DNA of 63,957 nucleotides, filler included, from Folioceros fuciformis (taxonomy: Eukaryota), in the NCBI GenBank assembly GCA_049999805.1. It is 12 parts of 12 records of this genome, joined end to end, with 100 filler letters (N's around TTAATTAATTAA, not from the genome) between each part and the next. Parts side by side here need not be neighbours in the genome. Positions count along the whole stretch, not along the records: positions 31,958 to 44,891 come from JBNGIO010002274.1; positions 44,992 to 46,606 come from JBNGIO010002275.1; positions 46,707 to 49,042 come from JBNGIO010002276.1; positions 49,143 to 53,077 come from JBNGIO010002277.1; 8 more parts are not named here. One strand, given 5' to 3'. Position 1 is the stretch's first letter; every line of letters begins with the position of its first letter. Under the pieces are notes generated by a model. That model had not been told where the DNA came from, did no database searches, and was given only the letters and a program-made list of their open reading frames with translations. Made by a program: the position numbers and the translations under genes. Positions 37,583 through 50,433 of the stretch are shown in pieces.

Positions 37583-37933
37583 TGTAGGGTTATTAAAGCC
37601 CAATGTGCTTAGGCTAATGTGTTTAGTCTAAGATTAGTGTCTAGTTAATGTGCTTAGACTAATGTGTTTAGTCTAAGATTAGTGTCTAGTTAAGTATCAT
37701 TAGTTTAGATTAGCTTAAGCTAATCTGTAGGAAGCTTCTTGCGCAGCTTCCTGTGAGCTTCTTGTGAAGCTTCCTAGGGAGCTCTTCTAGAGGGTATAAA
37801 TACCCCCTTGAGCTCCCTTGCCAACTACTCTCAATGTGACCTCTTTTTCTCCTCTCCTCTCTACCTCCTCTTCTCCTCTCTTCTCTGCCTCCTCTTCTCC
37901 TCTCCTCCACCATGCTCCTCTAGTGATCCTACA
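37583..37933. mobile_element. Solo LTR (351 bp) with 5-bp target-site duplication
   Basis: Termini TGTAGG...CCTACA; AATGG on both sides (37578-37582, 37934-37938); GGGTATAAATACCC. A related copy lies at 60357-60696. Confidence 0.92.
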
Positions 37934-37939
37934 AATGGG

Positions 37940-39925
37940 TGGCTCACCTTCCCCACGAGCGGGAGTGGTTCCACTGGCCCTTATGCCCGAGGAATCCACC
38001 TGACTTCCACTCTGTTCGTATGAATTTGTTGTGGGTGGAAGTACGAATGCTCTCCGTAGTCACCAGGACCTGCTCCTAGATACACCAAAGTAGAGCTTTC
38101 CTTGATACCGAGTCGTTGCCGCCATAGACCATTGCTGTCCAGTTTTGCCACAGTGCAAAGAGAGACAGAGACCATACCACTCTTGGCTCCCTTGCTTTTG
38201 GACTAGCGGCTCTCCTGTCCGCTCATCAAGCCCGAATAAGGCGGTTTGCTCTGTAACCACAATGGTTCTCTTTGGGAGAAGGTTTTGAAGCCACCTACCA
38301 ACTTTAGTTCAAACACCTTGCGCATAGTCACACTGAAAGAAGATATGTTGGCTTTTGTGAGAGGCGCCAACACTACAAAGCCTGCACCATTCCTCCCCCG
38401 TGGCCGCCAACAACCCGTCCCAGCGATCTGTGTTAGGCAGACAAGCTTGGAAGAAACACCAGATGGTAATCCGCACCTTGGGTGGAACCCCAGTGGTCGA
38501 CCACAGCAGTTTAATCGTTGCCCTCTGGCGACGCTGAGAGAGCCTCAACCTAGGAGTCAATCGACTTCGCTAAAGAGATTTCTGTGCGTGCACCAGTCGG
38601 AGGTAGATGGCTGCCGAAGGAAAGTTGAAGAGTGATCTCACGTTCCCCTACATCCTTCTAGAGCTCCCAGGCCACATATATAGGTCAGGTCTCATCACTA
38701 ACTCCCAATTCTCCTTCAATCGAAACCAACATCTTATAGGATTTTATTGCAGAGGTTGCTTCTTGTCATGTTCTTCCTGGGTGAGCCAATGCCCCGCACG
38801 CCTAGCCCTGTAAAGCGTAGTTATCCCTCTTAGGCACACACCACCGATCATGCCTTCCTCTCTGCCTACATCCTCCAGAAAGCCCTTCTGCATTCAAGGT
38901 CCCGTAGGAAAGATTCCCATTGTCTTCCGTCAGCGATGACACAAGCACTGCCCGATCGAAATCTGGGAGGGCCGCATCCTCCTCTTGGTCGGAGTCTCTC
39001 AACCTATCTTCCATGGGGTGGACCCCCCACATGTGAATGCCCACCTGGGCCTGCTGTAGTAAAGCCTGCTTCAGCTCCTCTGCCATCCCTTCTTGTAGCC
39101 ATGAAAGCATTGGTCTCACATGTTGAACTGGAGTCCCAAACTCTTCCCGAGCCTCCTTCGCAGTTTTCCATCCTTCGTCTACTCGGTTCCACAGGTGCCC
39201 AAGCTACACAATGCCTCTTCTACCGGAGGAGCCAAAAATTTGGGAATGGTACACTCTCGAAAGGAAGTCCTGTGACCAGAGCCCCTTGAACCCTTAGAGA
39301 GGGAGGCCCAGCATGTCGTCCCTAATTCTAGGTATGGCGGGGTGAAGGAGAGTCTTAACTTCCAAGAAGCTACGCCATATTGAAGCAAAGAGTGGAGAAC
39401 ACTCCCTGGTGTCCAGTAAGGGTTTATTTGCCAGTAAGTTGTCCATAGACCTCCACCCCCGGGCAACCGCCTAAGTCTGCTGCAAGTGTTGGGTTAACCA
39501 ACTTTCCAAGGGTAGCCCATTGGGCCAACTGCTTTCAGAACCCATTGCGCATGCAGGATCTTCATTTTGCACGCGGGATCTACCAATCCAAGCCCACCCT
39601 GACACTTGCTCTGTATTATATGTCGCCATGCCACCTTATGGGAAGGGGAGAGCAGCTCCTTAGACTTACTCCATAAGAAGTTGGAAATAATTTGCTGCAA
39701 CCTCCTCAGGTCCACTTTGCTAGGGGCCCATAAGAACAAATAGTACCACAGGGAAGCGGTCAAAATATGGTTTATGACCACAATTCTACCTGCAAGACTA
39801 AGATTCAAAAGGCGCAAATTGATTGCTTTCCGTATGAACCTGAGGTAGACATATTTACCAATCTCATCCTCATCTTGGAATGGTAGGCCCAGGTACTTGT
39901 GTGACGAGCCGGGTTGGACCCGCAT
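37940..39925 (-). mobile_element. 5'-truncated second copy of the same LINE family, inverted
   Basis: RVQPGSSHKYLGLPF..SLAGRIVVINHILTASLWYYLFLW..GGLGLVDP; the reverse complement is collinear with 35345-37322. Confidence 0.93.
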
Positions 39926-41479
39926 AATGTGCTAACTCTTTATTCAGTTGCATACGTAATTGTTGTACCCTTGCTGCAGCCTAAGCTGCGAATAATCAGA
40001 TTTTTTTTCTTCGCGAAAAAAAAGAATCATGATTGTCATGACTACTTAACCTTGGTAAAGTAATACGGAACACTAGAGGCTGTGATATCCTCTTGCACTA
40101 TTGCACTCTAAGGACAAATCTAGTCCATTACCTCCTACATCTTTGGACTCAACACCTTGTTCACTAGAGCACAGGGCACCAACCCCTCCTTGCTACACTT
40201 GGGTTGCTGGTTGGAGCGCTTTACAGTCAGCTCTTCAATGCACTGGCCACTAGCACGATACAACCCAAGCATACCGCTCATTCGATCCCAGTGGAGACCT
40301 TGGAAAAATACTCATCTGTCCATCCTAATGGAGACCTTGGAAACAATACTCATAGGTACAACCCATTCCCTGTGTCGTGCTGTGCTGCTACACATCGTAA
40401 TCATGCATGGTTCATTAGTTAATAATACTCACACCACGCCACATTACACACACATTAAACACTGCATGATGGAGCTATAAGCTTGTAAGAGTGAAGCATT
40501 TGCTTCCTTCATACACCACAAAATCGTCTCCACCTGCATCCACACTTCTCAGAGCTGTAACTTGGCTTCTCAAATCCTCGATCAGGTCACATGATCTTGC
40601 ACACTATGCACACGCACACCTCAACCGACAAGAGAACAAGAGAATGCTCCCTCAAGAGAATGCCTATTCCCAGAAAGCAAGAGAATACAAACTTACAACT
40701 ACAGCGGACACCACTAAGCTAGGCTTTTATGCCTGCTACTTCAGACTTGCTGCAGCCACAACCACACATCTAGTTGTGTGTTTATCTAGTTGACTTTATA
40801 TTAGATTATATTTTCTAATAATCTTCACTAAATAGTTATTAATCACCACTAATGCCATTTATTAACATGACTTACTTATTAGCTAATTACTATTTGTATG
40901 CATCTAAGCACAACACACAGTCATGCTTAACACCTAGCTCTTTGCTGTTGTGTGTTCCTAATTGTATAATCCTAAGAGACTAGCAAAGGACATGGAAAAG
41001 TCATCGTTCAAAGAGCAAGAGGTATTAGTGATCCATTCACAGAGTAAGAGGCCTTGATGATCCACTCACCTGGCATCATGCGAAGAAGCTATTCATCTTT
41101 ACAGAGTTATGATTGACCTAAATACCGAAGTAGGCTTCACATGCCACTCCATCCCGTCTCACGTTCTCATGCCCTTCATCTCATGCCCTTCATCCAGTAT
41201 CATAGCCATACACCCATCCACCTACCGTGCTCCTCATCATATTGCTCTGGTCTACGCCAAGCTTGAGATACCAAGTTGATTCTTGAATGCAATCACGGTT
41301 TCAAAAATTAACATTCAAACTCTTCATCTTTAACTTACTTTGTGCTCTTCAAACCTGGCCAACATAAGTTCGTTTTGGTGTAGACATGCTTTTACTCATG
41401 CCTTTGCGATACTGATACTTGATGACCAATTTCCGTTTTGGGAAAGAAAGCCTTCAATGGATGGATCAAGTCCACACTA

Positions 41480-43390
41480 TACGTGCAGTGCAAAGTCCAA
41501 TGAAAGTGGCATACATACCTTGAGAACAAATGTCTGATTTCATAGGGGCAGAAGAGTCCTATAAGATCTTTCCTACTCGCACTCGCATTATTTGTGTCTA
41601 CCGTTGGGAAAGGAAAGGTGAAAGGAAAACTTATGCTCAGCTATAAGTCCCTCTCGTTATGTCAAGTACACATGTGCTTATGGGCACAAAGATTTACGAT
41701 TGAAAGGATCTAACCCAATGTTAGATATCACAAACTGGCCCAAAACAGGTATTGGCAGGTGATGCTCTAAAGTAAAATGTGGTGACAGCTAGAAATGGGG
41801 TTGCCAGTGTATGTTCTTTGTGAGCTAAATAGATTGGTGGCTTGACATAACTGAGCTTCAAGTGCACCAATGGCACCATGTGGACTCCAGTGGCCCTTTC
41901 TGTCATGGTTTGTTGGCTATGGACTATCCAACTAATATTTCATTAGCACCTTGCTTGTCCTGTTCCAAGAAAGAGTGGTTGAAGCATAAGTTGTTGTGCA
42001 AGCTTAACGCACCACAAATATTACTTGACCATGAGGTTGACGTAAGTAAGGTAATTCTGGCTTAGTTTTAGAATGTGATGACTTCTTGTTTGTAAAGGAC
42101 ATTAGAAACATACAAGCTGAGCTGGGTGCAAGGCAGTGGAGACTCCATTGTGTTGACAAGGCTAGTGTTTGCCTCTAGTTTGATGTACACCAGAACAAAG
42201 TCATCTACCCACCTTCCCATGGTGTAGTGCACATTGAGGTAGGTTTTATATTGGGTTTTCAAATAGAATGTCAAATGCAAGCCATATTATAATGGGGACA
42301 CTAACTCCGTGATCTCTATGGATGATGCTATATTCGGAACTAGTAAGTGGAAGGTACATAATCATTGTACAAGTTTGACATAGTTGGTTCTATAAATGCT
42401 AATTACCTACCAACCTTGGTGTGTGGTGCATGTGGTGTGCAATTTCACTTGCTCACTCTCCTAGTTTTGGATGATCATGTGAATGGCATCCCTACACCAT
42501 GGATCATACAAGATTTGGAAAAGAAAATAATAAAGCACGTTGGTTGCAAGCTCTTCGCCACCGTATGTTGATTAGCAAGCCCGAATGGAAATTTGCCAGA
42601 TTTACGCTTGAACGCCTCATCTACCACGAAATCAAATTTTCCTTTCCTAGTAGATGACCGTCTAGCAGAAGTTAATGCAATCCAAAAAGTCTTCGATAGT
42701 TCTACACTTGTGTTTTTCTATCTCTAACATGTCCGACAGGCTTGGCTGAGACAATGGTTGAAGAAGGTGAAACACTCCACTACATGGGACATGATGATGA
42801 AAGAGTTGGGGGAAATCATACATGGGGATACGGAATGTGAGTATGATATTGCAAGTGTTAGGGGTTAGCCACAAGCATTTTACAGGAAGTACTCAATATC
42901 CCCTCCTAGCTTTGTTAAGTACTTCCAGGATCATTGAGAAAAGTAGATGGATATGTGGATTAAGCTAATCTGGACAGTTCCTCATTCCAGGCAAGATTGC
43001 AATAGCAACATAGAGGCTTACCACAAGCATTTGAAGGTTAGGTGTTCTATGACTAAGACCACCTTCCGTGCTCGTCGGCTTGATTGGTTACTATATGTCC
43101 TCTTGGAGGAGGTGGATAGACATTTTTGGTATAAATAGAGCGTAAGAGGATGGCATTATCCAATAATACAAAGCACGAACAAATCGCGCAGCATGCCTTG
43201 GTAAAAATTATGCTCGTAGCACATGCTGATATAACATTACCTACAAAAGACTAGCCTTTTGCGGTGGTTAAGAGCCAAGGTGGAAAGACTGCTACTTTTT
43301 ATGTCATATGCAACTATGGTACCCCTTGGGCTACTCGCAGTTGCAAGCAAGCCACTACTGGGTTTATGTGTAAGCACTAGCTGTAAGTGC
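41480..43390 (+). mobile_element. Decayed Mutator (MULE) transposase / SWIM-domain sequence
   Basis: ISMDDAIFGTSKWK; FHLLTLLVLDDHVNGIPTPWII; NSNIEAYHKHLK..RRLDWLLYVL; SWIM-like (C/R)SC..ATTGFMCKH near 43335-43378. Many stops. Confidence 0.75.
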
Positions 43391-45387
43391 TGCTAATGTT
43401 GGACAGAATAGTGCTTACGCAAGCTCTTGTGGTAAAATATTGTGTTATTGCAATAGCTCAAATTGCTATCAAATAGCCATCTTCACGTGTAGGGATTTCT
43501 GTGACCCATACAATATAATTTCACCATAGTACAAGTGCACAACGAGAATAGAACATTGAAGTCCAACTAGATAATGATATGGGGTTAAAGGTTGGTCTGG
43601 ATTCCAAGGAGTTGGTTGATTACAATAGCACTGAACAAGTTGATAGCAACAAGATTGGACTACATACTTTATTAGCAGACGTCTCTACTTTCGTTCACAG
43701 GTGTTCTGCATTGGAGCCACATGCTTTTGTTGCAAAAATTGCGACAACTTGAAGGCATCAAGGCCCTAGCACAAGTGGAGTTCAATAGCTTGCATTTCCA
43801 GCAACCTGAAGACAAGTCAAACAATAGCTTAAAGCGCAAGAGAGCTTTCTAGGTGTGGAACATAGAATTCCGGGCCAACGTCCCAATTTTGGTACAATTT
43901 GTACAAATGTGGCTAGTATAGGGAAGGTTGGTTCCTTCCTATTTGGTTTTGTTTCTACTTTCTAGTTTCTACTTTCAGCGGCTATATATGTAAGTGGGAT
44001 ATTCACACATGGTAAGGAGACGCATCTATTTGAGGGATAAAAGTGAGATGGATCTATAAGGGGGACAAAAGTGGTTTGGTACCGAGCCAACAGGTTTGGT
44101 GAGAGGTCTGGGCAGGAGACATACTAAACTGGGCTGCATGCGAGAACTCCAAGTCACCAAATTGCATGCCGTCACTCTAAGTCCCCAAGTGGCATGCAAG
44201 AACTCCAAGTCATGAGATGCAAGTACTCTAAGTTTCTATGAGACAGGCAACCACTCTAAGTCCTTAGGTGCTTGGAGGCTTAAGGAAAGCAGCCGTTTGT
44301 GAGCAAACCGGCGGGCAACGAGGATTTGTGAGTTGCAGGAGGCAAGGAGACTGCCACATTGGAGAGGTAGTGAGGCTGCCAAGGGGGAGAAGAAATGCGG
44401 CGGCTGCCCCTTTTTTTGTTTTTTTTCCCTTCCATGATCAAGGAGCAATTTGGAGGCAAGATCCTAGGGATCTGTGAGTTGGAGGGGGCATAGGTTGTAT
44501 GCGAGTCTGGTTGAAGTAGTGAGGAGGAGGCTGTGAGCAAACGGAGTGAAGAGCTGCCTCCCAAGAATCCTCTTTTCTCTCTAACTTGCTAATCACGGGG
44601 AGCTAGTTTTAGTGGGGGTTTTTGCATCCCCCTGATCCGCTGATTTTAGTGAGGCGAGACCATGTGGAGCCAGCTAGGCTCCCTCTGGATTGCTGCTCAC
44701 AGGAGCTGATTGATGAGGTTGTGAGAAAGGAGAATGGGGTGTAGATCCTGCCCCTTTTTGCTTGTTTCTTTTCCCCTCTTTCACTCACAGGCAGGGAGCA
44801 AGGTGCAAGGCAGGTGCCTCAAACTCCACGGGCTGTAGCTAAGCGTAAAGGAGGGGGTGTGGCTCTTGACCCTTTGTTCTCTCTTCCCCCCNNNNNNNNN
44901 NNNNNNNNNNNNNNNNNNNNNNNNNNNNNNNNNNNTTAATTAATTAANNNNNNNNNNNNNNNNNNNNNNNNNNNNNNNNNNNNNNNNNNNNATGTTGTGG
45001 TTGATGGCGCAGAATGTGGTCCAAGGATATGAAGCCCTAGACAGGTACAACTGGAGCAGCTTCAAAGTTGACGACCTGCTCTGAGGAAGATGATACTCCC
45101 ACGCATCTTCTCTTTTTCTGTGCAACTTCCCATTTTCACAACTGAGCTGTACGCAACATTCCATTGCTATCTTTGTGAGCTTTATGGCAGAGAACCTGTG
45201 CATCAATAGCCATCATCGGTGTTAATTCATGAATACACCTCTCGGTTTGTACAATATTTATAGACTGAGAAGGATCTGAACAAGCAAGAAAGATTGAAGG
45301 TTACCTTGTGTATTGCTGATGACGAAGTTGGCACCCTGTCCTGCAAGGTGACCTACGAACCCCTGATTCTTTAAATATCTGCTTCAG

Positions 45388-46606
45388 ATGGCTAGGAATG
45401 CACCATTAGCCTCTCAAAACTTGGCTCTCACAATCGCCAAGGAGGATAAATTCGATGGCTCAAATTACCACATCTGGAGAGACAGGATGGTGGAAATCCT
45501 GAAGTCCCAACGCTTGTGGGGATATGTAGGAGGTCTGGGGACACCTCCAGCCATAATTCTGAAACCAACAGACCTAGCCGACCTTGCAATCTGGGAGGAG
45601 GCTGATCAGACTGCACGCACCTTGCTGCAGCTGAGTGTGAAAAGCACACACATTGGCGTCTTTCAAGGCGCCACCACGGCTGCTGAGTATTAGCAACAAA
45701 CGAAGGAAGTTTACGACTCGAGGGATTTGATGTTACAAACCTACATGTTCAAATAGTTTGTTGGCCTGAAGATGACAGAAGCGAACTCTGTAGACAAGCG
45801 ACAGAAGCGAACTCTGTAGACAAGCACGTCCTGGAGTTTCGAAACTGGAGGGGCAAGCTCATTTCTGCTGGCTTTGCCCTGGAAGAAGATTTGGTGGCAG
45901 TCATACTCTTGGCCACACTACCTGAAACATGGACTGGAGTTGTCCAGAGCCTGCAAGAGGTTCAAAACCTTACAGTCAATAGAGTGATCGCAAACGCATT
46001 GCAACTGTAAGTGTAAATTCAGATAAGGCCTTGTACACAAACAAACCTTTTAGAGGTAGGGGCAGTGGCCGTCCCTTCGTGAGAGGAGGTCGAGGAGGAG
46101 CGAGACCTCAACAGTTTAACAACCCTAAAGGTCGGCCGCCATGTGGTTATTGCGGAATAACTAATCACACTTGGGAAACATGTAGGAAACGCCTTGCAGG
46201 CAAAGGCAGCAGCCATTCTGGACACCTAGCTGTAACTATGAACAAGTACAGCAGAGCCTTTCTCACAAGTTGTGCCCCAGGTGATACCACATGTCCTACT
46301 CATTTATCTAAGGACTCACAATGCAATGTGGTTACTTGCTATGCTAACCAACAGGAGAACATCTGGTACATAGACAGTGGCGCTTCCCAACACATGACAC
46401 CTGATCCTTCCTATTTTTTTGACATGCGAGAGAGCTCCCCTGTGGAGTTTGTGTGCCTCGGGGATGATACCCGGCACAAAATTGAAGGGCAAGGTACTAT
46501 ACAGTTAGACCTCAAGCCCTCACAGCATCTCGCAATTCCAGATGTACTCTACGTACCTGGACTGACCAAAAACCTGGTCTCTGTAAGGAAGGTTGATGAA
46601 TCAGGT
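45388..46606 (+). mobile_element. Ty1/copia gag-protease fragment
   Basis: EDKFDGSNYHIWRDRM; CCHC knuckle CGYCGITNHTWETC; WYIDSGASQHMT; DVLYVPGLTKNLVSV. In-frame stops; cut by the linker. Confidence 0.93.
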
Positions 46607-48011
46607 NNNNNNNNNNNNNNNNNNNNNNNNNNNNNNNNNNNNNNNNNNNNTTAATTAATTAANNNNNNNNNNNNNNNNNNNNNNNNNNNNNNNNNNNNNN
46701 NNNNNNATTTTCATATTGTTATGAGCGGGGGGAGAGACATATACTTTGTATGGACAAGTATGAAAAGAGTTTAAACGAGAATGAAATTGAAACAAAATTC
46801 ATTGGAAGGTCGAGGTTTTGGGGGGGTTTGGGTGATGTGTGATGCTGTTTTGTGTTGGAGTGATTTATGGAAAGGGGATTCAGAGGCATGTTGAGACTGA
46901 GATGAGGGAACCATTGACTTGAGGGAACGGAGCTGTGAATATTCAAAGAAGAGTAGGGAGAGGAGGGTGAGTGAGGGACGGACATCTGCGAATGGGAACG
47001 TGGTTGTGTTCGAAAGGATTGCCATATGGTGCTGATAGGAATACTCAAGTAGATGGCTACTTGCGACCGTAGTTACACGGGAGAAACTCAGAAGAGAAAC
47101 CCATTCCAGACACCAAAATCCTCCGATATCAAAAAAAAGAACACCTTGTAAATGACAAAGCAACACCCTCCTTCTTCAAGCTACTCCCAAGCATCCAGCC
47201 AACTTCCCCCTAAACTGCTTCCGCTTACCGAAAAGCCAAGCCAAACACACCCAAATTCTCCGAGTCTGCCTTATTTCGAAATGTGCCTACCTACCTACCA
47301 ATTATCCTCACTGACTCCACCTCCTACAACTAACCCCGTCTCCACTGCGCCCTAATTCCCCAATCAAGCAAGTCCAACGCAGGCACGTGACGCTTTCCCA
47401 AGGCGCAGCGCAACAATATGTAGCACACGAGCGTCCCCCAGGTCTGTGCGGCGTCAAAGCCCCGATCACGTGTTCGCCCCACTGCGTCCTATTCTTTCCT
47501 GTTCGGGTCACCACTATGCGATGCGCAGGGCGCGCGCGAGAGCTTCTGCGGTAGGTCGAGGCTGGGATCTATGCTTTTGGTGTGAAGATCGCTGGCTGGG
47601 AAGGGTGGGCTTCGGGTGCGATTTGGTGGGTAAGGTGCCAGGGGATGACGTTGTGGTTGGCCTGATGATATGGGGAGGCTGAGTCGGGGTTTTGGTACCA
47701 TGGGTGTGTTTGGGGTGGATTGGGGAAGGGAGTATAAGTATATATGGATCCTGTATTTTTTTTTTAGAGAGTGATATCTTCAGATACACAATATACCTTT
47801 ACACGACATAGATTTGTTTCTATCCCGTGGATTTCGATTTTACAAAAGAACATTCGTCGATTATACACACACACTCACACACACGCGCACACATTGGTGC
47901 ATTCATATTTACATTGGATTGGGGCCCGAATAAACGGGATATCCTTTCAAGAGCCGACGGATGAAGTCTTGCGAATTTTAGACTTCTTCAATCTCGATAA
48001 AATACACCACA

Positions 48012-48263
48012 ATGGGCTGCGGTGGCTCGAAACCTCAACCGGTGTATTATCCACCGCCCATGCGCCAAAACAAGCACTACAATAAACGCCGTAACAAACA
48101 CCGCTACCACGACAATTACGCAGGTGCTGCAGGGTACTATGCGACGGGAGGCGGGTTCTTCAGTGGTGGAGGTTGGGGAGGTGATGGTGGAGGCGGTGGA
48201 TTTAGCGGTGGAGGTGACGGCGGCGGTGGCGGCGGCGGTGGTGGTGGAGGTGGAGGGTGTTAG
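48012..48263 (+). CDS. Small intronless glycine-rich protein with N-terminal acylation motif MGCGGSK
   Basis: 83 aa; good ATG context (cacaATGG); basic/Tyr-rich middle; Gly-rich tail ending in Cys. Confidence 0.65.
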   Translation: MGCGGSKPQPVYYPPPMRQNKHYNKRRNKHRYHDNYAGAAGYYATGGGFFSGGGWGGDGGGGGFSGGGDGGGGGGGGGGGGGC

Positions 48264-49199
48264 AGGATGGGAGTGAATGGACCTACCTATTCAAAATGTA
48301 TTATTCTCGATTCAAATCCTCGGGAGGCAGTATTTGAAGTACACATAATCTATCAGGGAAGCTTTCCAGGCGTTCTTGGTCCACTTAGCGATAGCTCTTA
48401 GAGGCTTGAGGACCTTCCAGCTACAATTTTATCGTTACATGATATACTTTGGAGTACCTTGGGTAGAGCCACGCGTTTATTTAAAACGAGATGCTCGGTA
48501 TAGGTCTGAGTTTGTGCAGTGTTTGGGTAGGAGTAGGCCTGTCGTGTAGCAAGAACAACTCAGGCGTTATTGGCACTCCCTGATACATATTTCGGCATTC
48601 AGTAATAATATAAAGGTAGTATTTAATTAGGCTTTAGATAATTACTAAGAGTAGTATACTTAAAATTATACATCTAGCTCTAGTTGACATAATTAGGCTC
48701 TGAAGACCCTCTTCATACTATTACAATTATAATCCTTGTAGTGAAAACTTGTTGATGGGAAGTAGCTGCGCATAGAGGGAGGAAGTAGCTTCACATAGAG
48801 AGCAGAAGGAGCTGAAGGAGAATTGATGGCAGGAACTTGGGCCTCATGCGTAAACAAAACTATGAAGCGTGATAGCCACCTTTGATCCTTTCAGCAACGA
48901 AAACGAACAGAACGACGACGATGACGATGACGATGACAATGTTGTTTTTCTTGTTTGTTTTCTTTCTTCTCTTTTCTGGGGTGAATGCCCCAATGATGGA
49001 CGAGTCGGCGCAGTTGACTCTTGTCAACGAGATGAACGAGGTNNNNNNNNNNNNNNNNNNNNNNNNNNNNNNNNNNNNNNNNNNNNTTAATTAATTAANN
49101 NNNNNNNNNNNNNNNNNNNNNNNNNNNNNNNNNNNNNNNNNNCCTTACCGTTTCATGCAGGACAGTGAAAGAGGATTGGTTAGGTGGACCAATTAAAAA

Positions 49200-49853
49200 A
49201 GAATCGACACAACAGATTGAAGGGACACAAAAACATTTGTGTCACTTCATATATGACTTGCCAAAGATGTTGTCATTGTCTACGTCACCTGGTTCTGCTT
49301 GAACCGTCTGCATGGTTAGATCCTGTAATTGTATTATAATCTCGTTTAAATCGCTTCAAATTTTGCGAGATTCAACATGTATTAATTTCTCCACACAATT
49401 CTTAATATCTTGTATTCTGTTTTGAGTAATAGCAATTTGAGATATCAATTGTGATTGAAATTGTTGAATTTGTTTTAATTGTATAAACAGCGCTGAAATT
49501 TGACCACCAGTTGTCCTCTGTTGTGTGCGAGGTGATTGATAAATTCCTCCAGAATCAGAGAATCTATCATAGGTCTCCAGCCTGTTACATTGCGTACGGC
49601 TGGGCGATGCCTTCTGTTGCCGTCGGGGTTTTCTTATCCCTTTCTTATAGTACTTTCCTTTTTCTAGATGATTCAGAAAATCTAGATTTGATACAGAGGA
49701 TATTCTCTAATTGTATTCTGGGTAGTCATGTCGATCTTGATGTACTGAAAAATATGGAATCATTTTGTGACTCTGATTCTTTCAGTTTCTATCATCCTGA
49801 TGATCATACATGACTACCCAGAGGCAATATTAAATTTTGCTACTATGATACCA
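49200..49853 (-). mobile_element. LTR-end-like TTTGTCA plus PBS (TGGTATCA) followed by a decayed coiled-coil ORF
   Basis: tgatacca at 49846-49853. The downstream minus frame reads QLKQIQQFQSQLISQIAITQNRIQDIKNCVEKL..LNEIIIQLQDL with stops. Confidence 0.5.
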
Positions 49854-50433
49854 TGACAAATTCTAATAATGCATATTTAGTCATTCATTTGTATTGTATT
49901 ACTTATAAAAATAAAGTCTCTCTATATTTGATACATACAACTATATATGTTCCATTTGTAATAATCATTAGTAGCAAGTGTATCTAGGCTTAAATACAAT
50001 AACTAGATCTAAAGTGAAAAGACACGTCCATTGGTTTAGCCCAGCGAGTTAGGGTTTATTTAAAAACGCTTTCACACTATACCTACATATGTCTTGGGAT
50101 GCCCGATAGGTACTAGTTACCTACATAATTTAGGTTTCCCTATTCCTAACTATATTTATTATAACCCTACTTATGAATGGTTTATACCTAGGTAGCTTCC
50201 TCCAGTTACGTATTCCATGGGATGCAGTTGCTGTATACGCCCTCATTTATCCTCTTGTATCGCAAGGGGTTTTTCTAGGCTGGATGGATTGTGGACCGCT
50301 GTGGTGGGCATCTTCGTCCCTTAGGGCATTGGGCTGGGATGGTCACAGGGTGGCCGTAGGTCCGTGACTGTTTCAAGGGGGAAAAATAAGTTGCTATTGT
50401 TGCATCTTAGATAGGCTGCAGGGGCAGCCCTAT

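Noticed and set aside
40081..40932. Possible solo LTR (TG...TTAACA)
   Set aside because: No matching TSD for the termini tested, and no second copy in the window.
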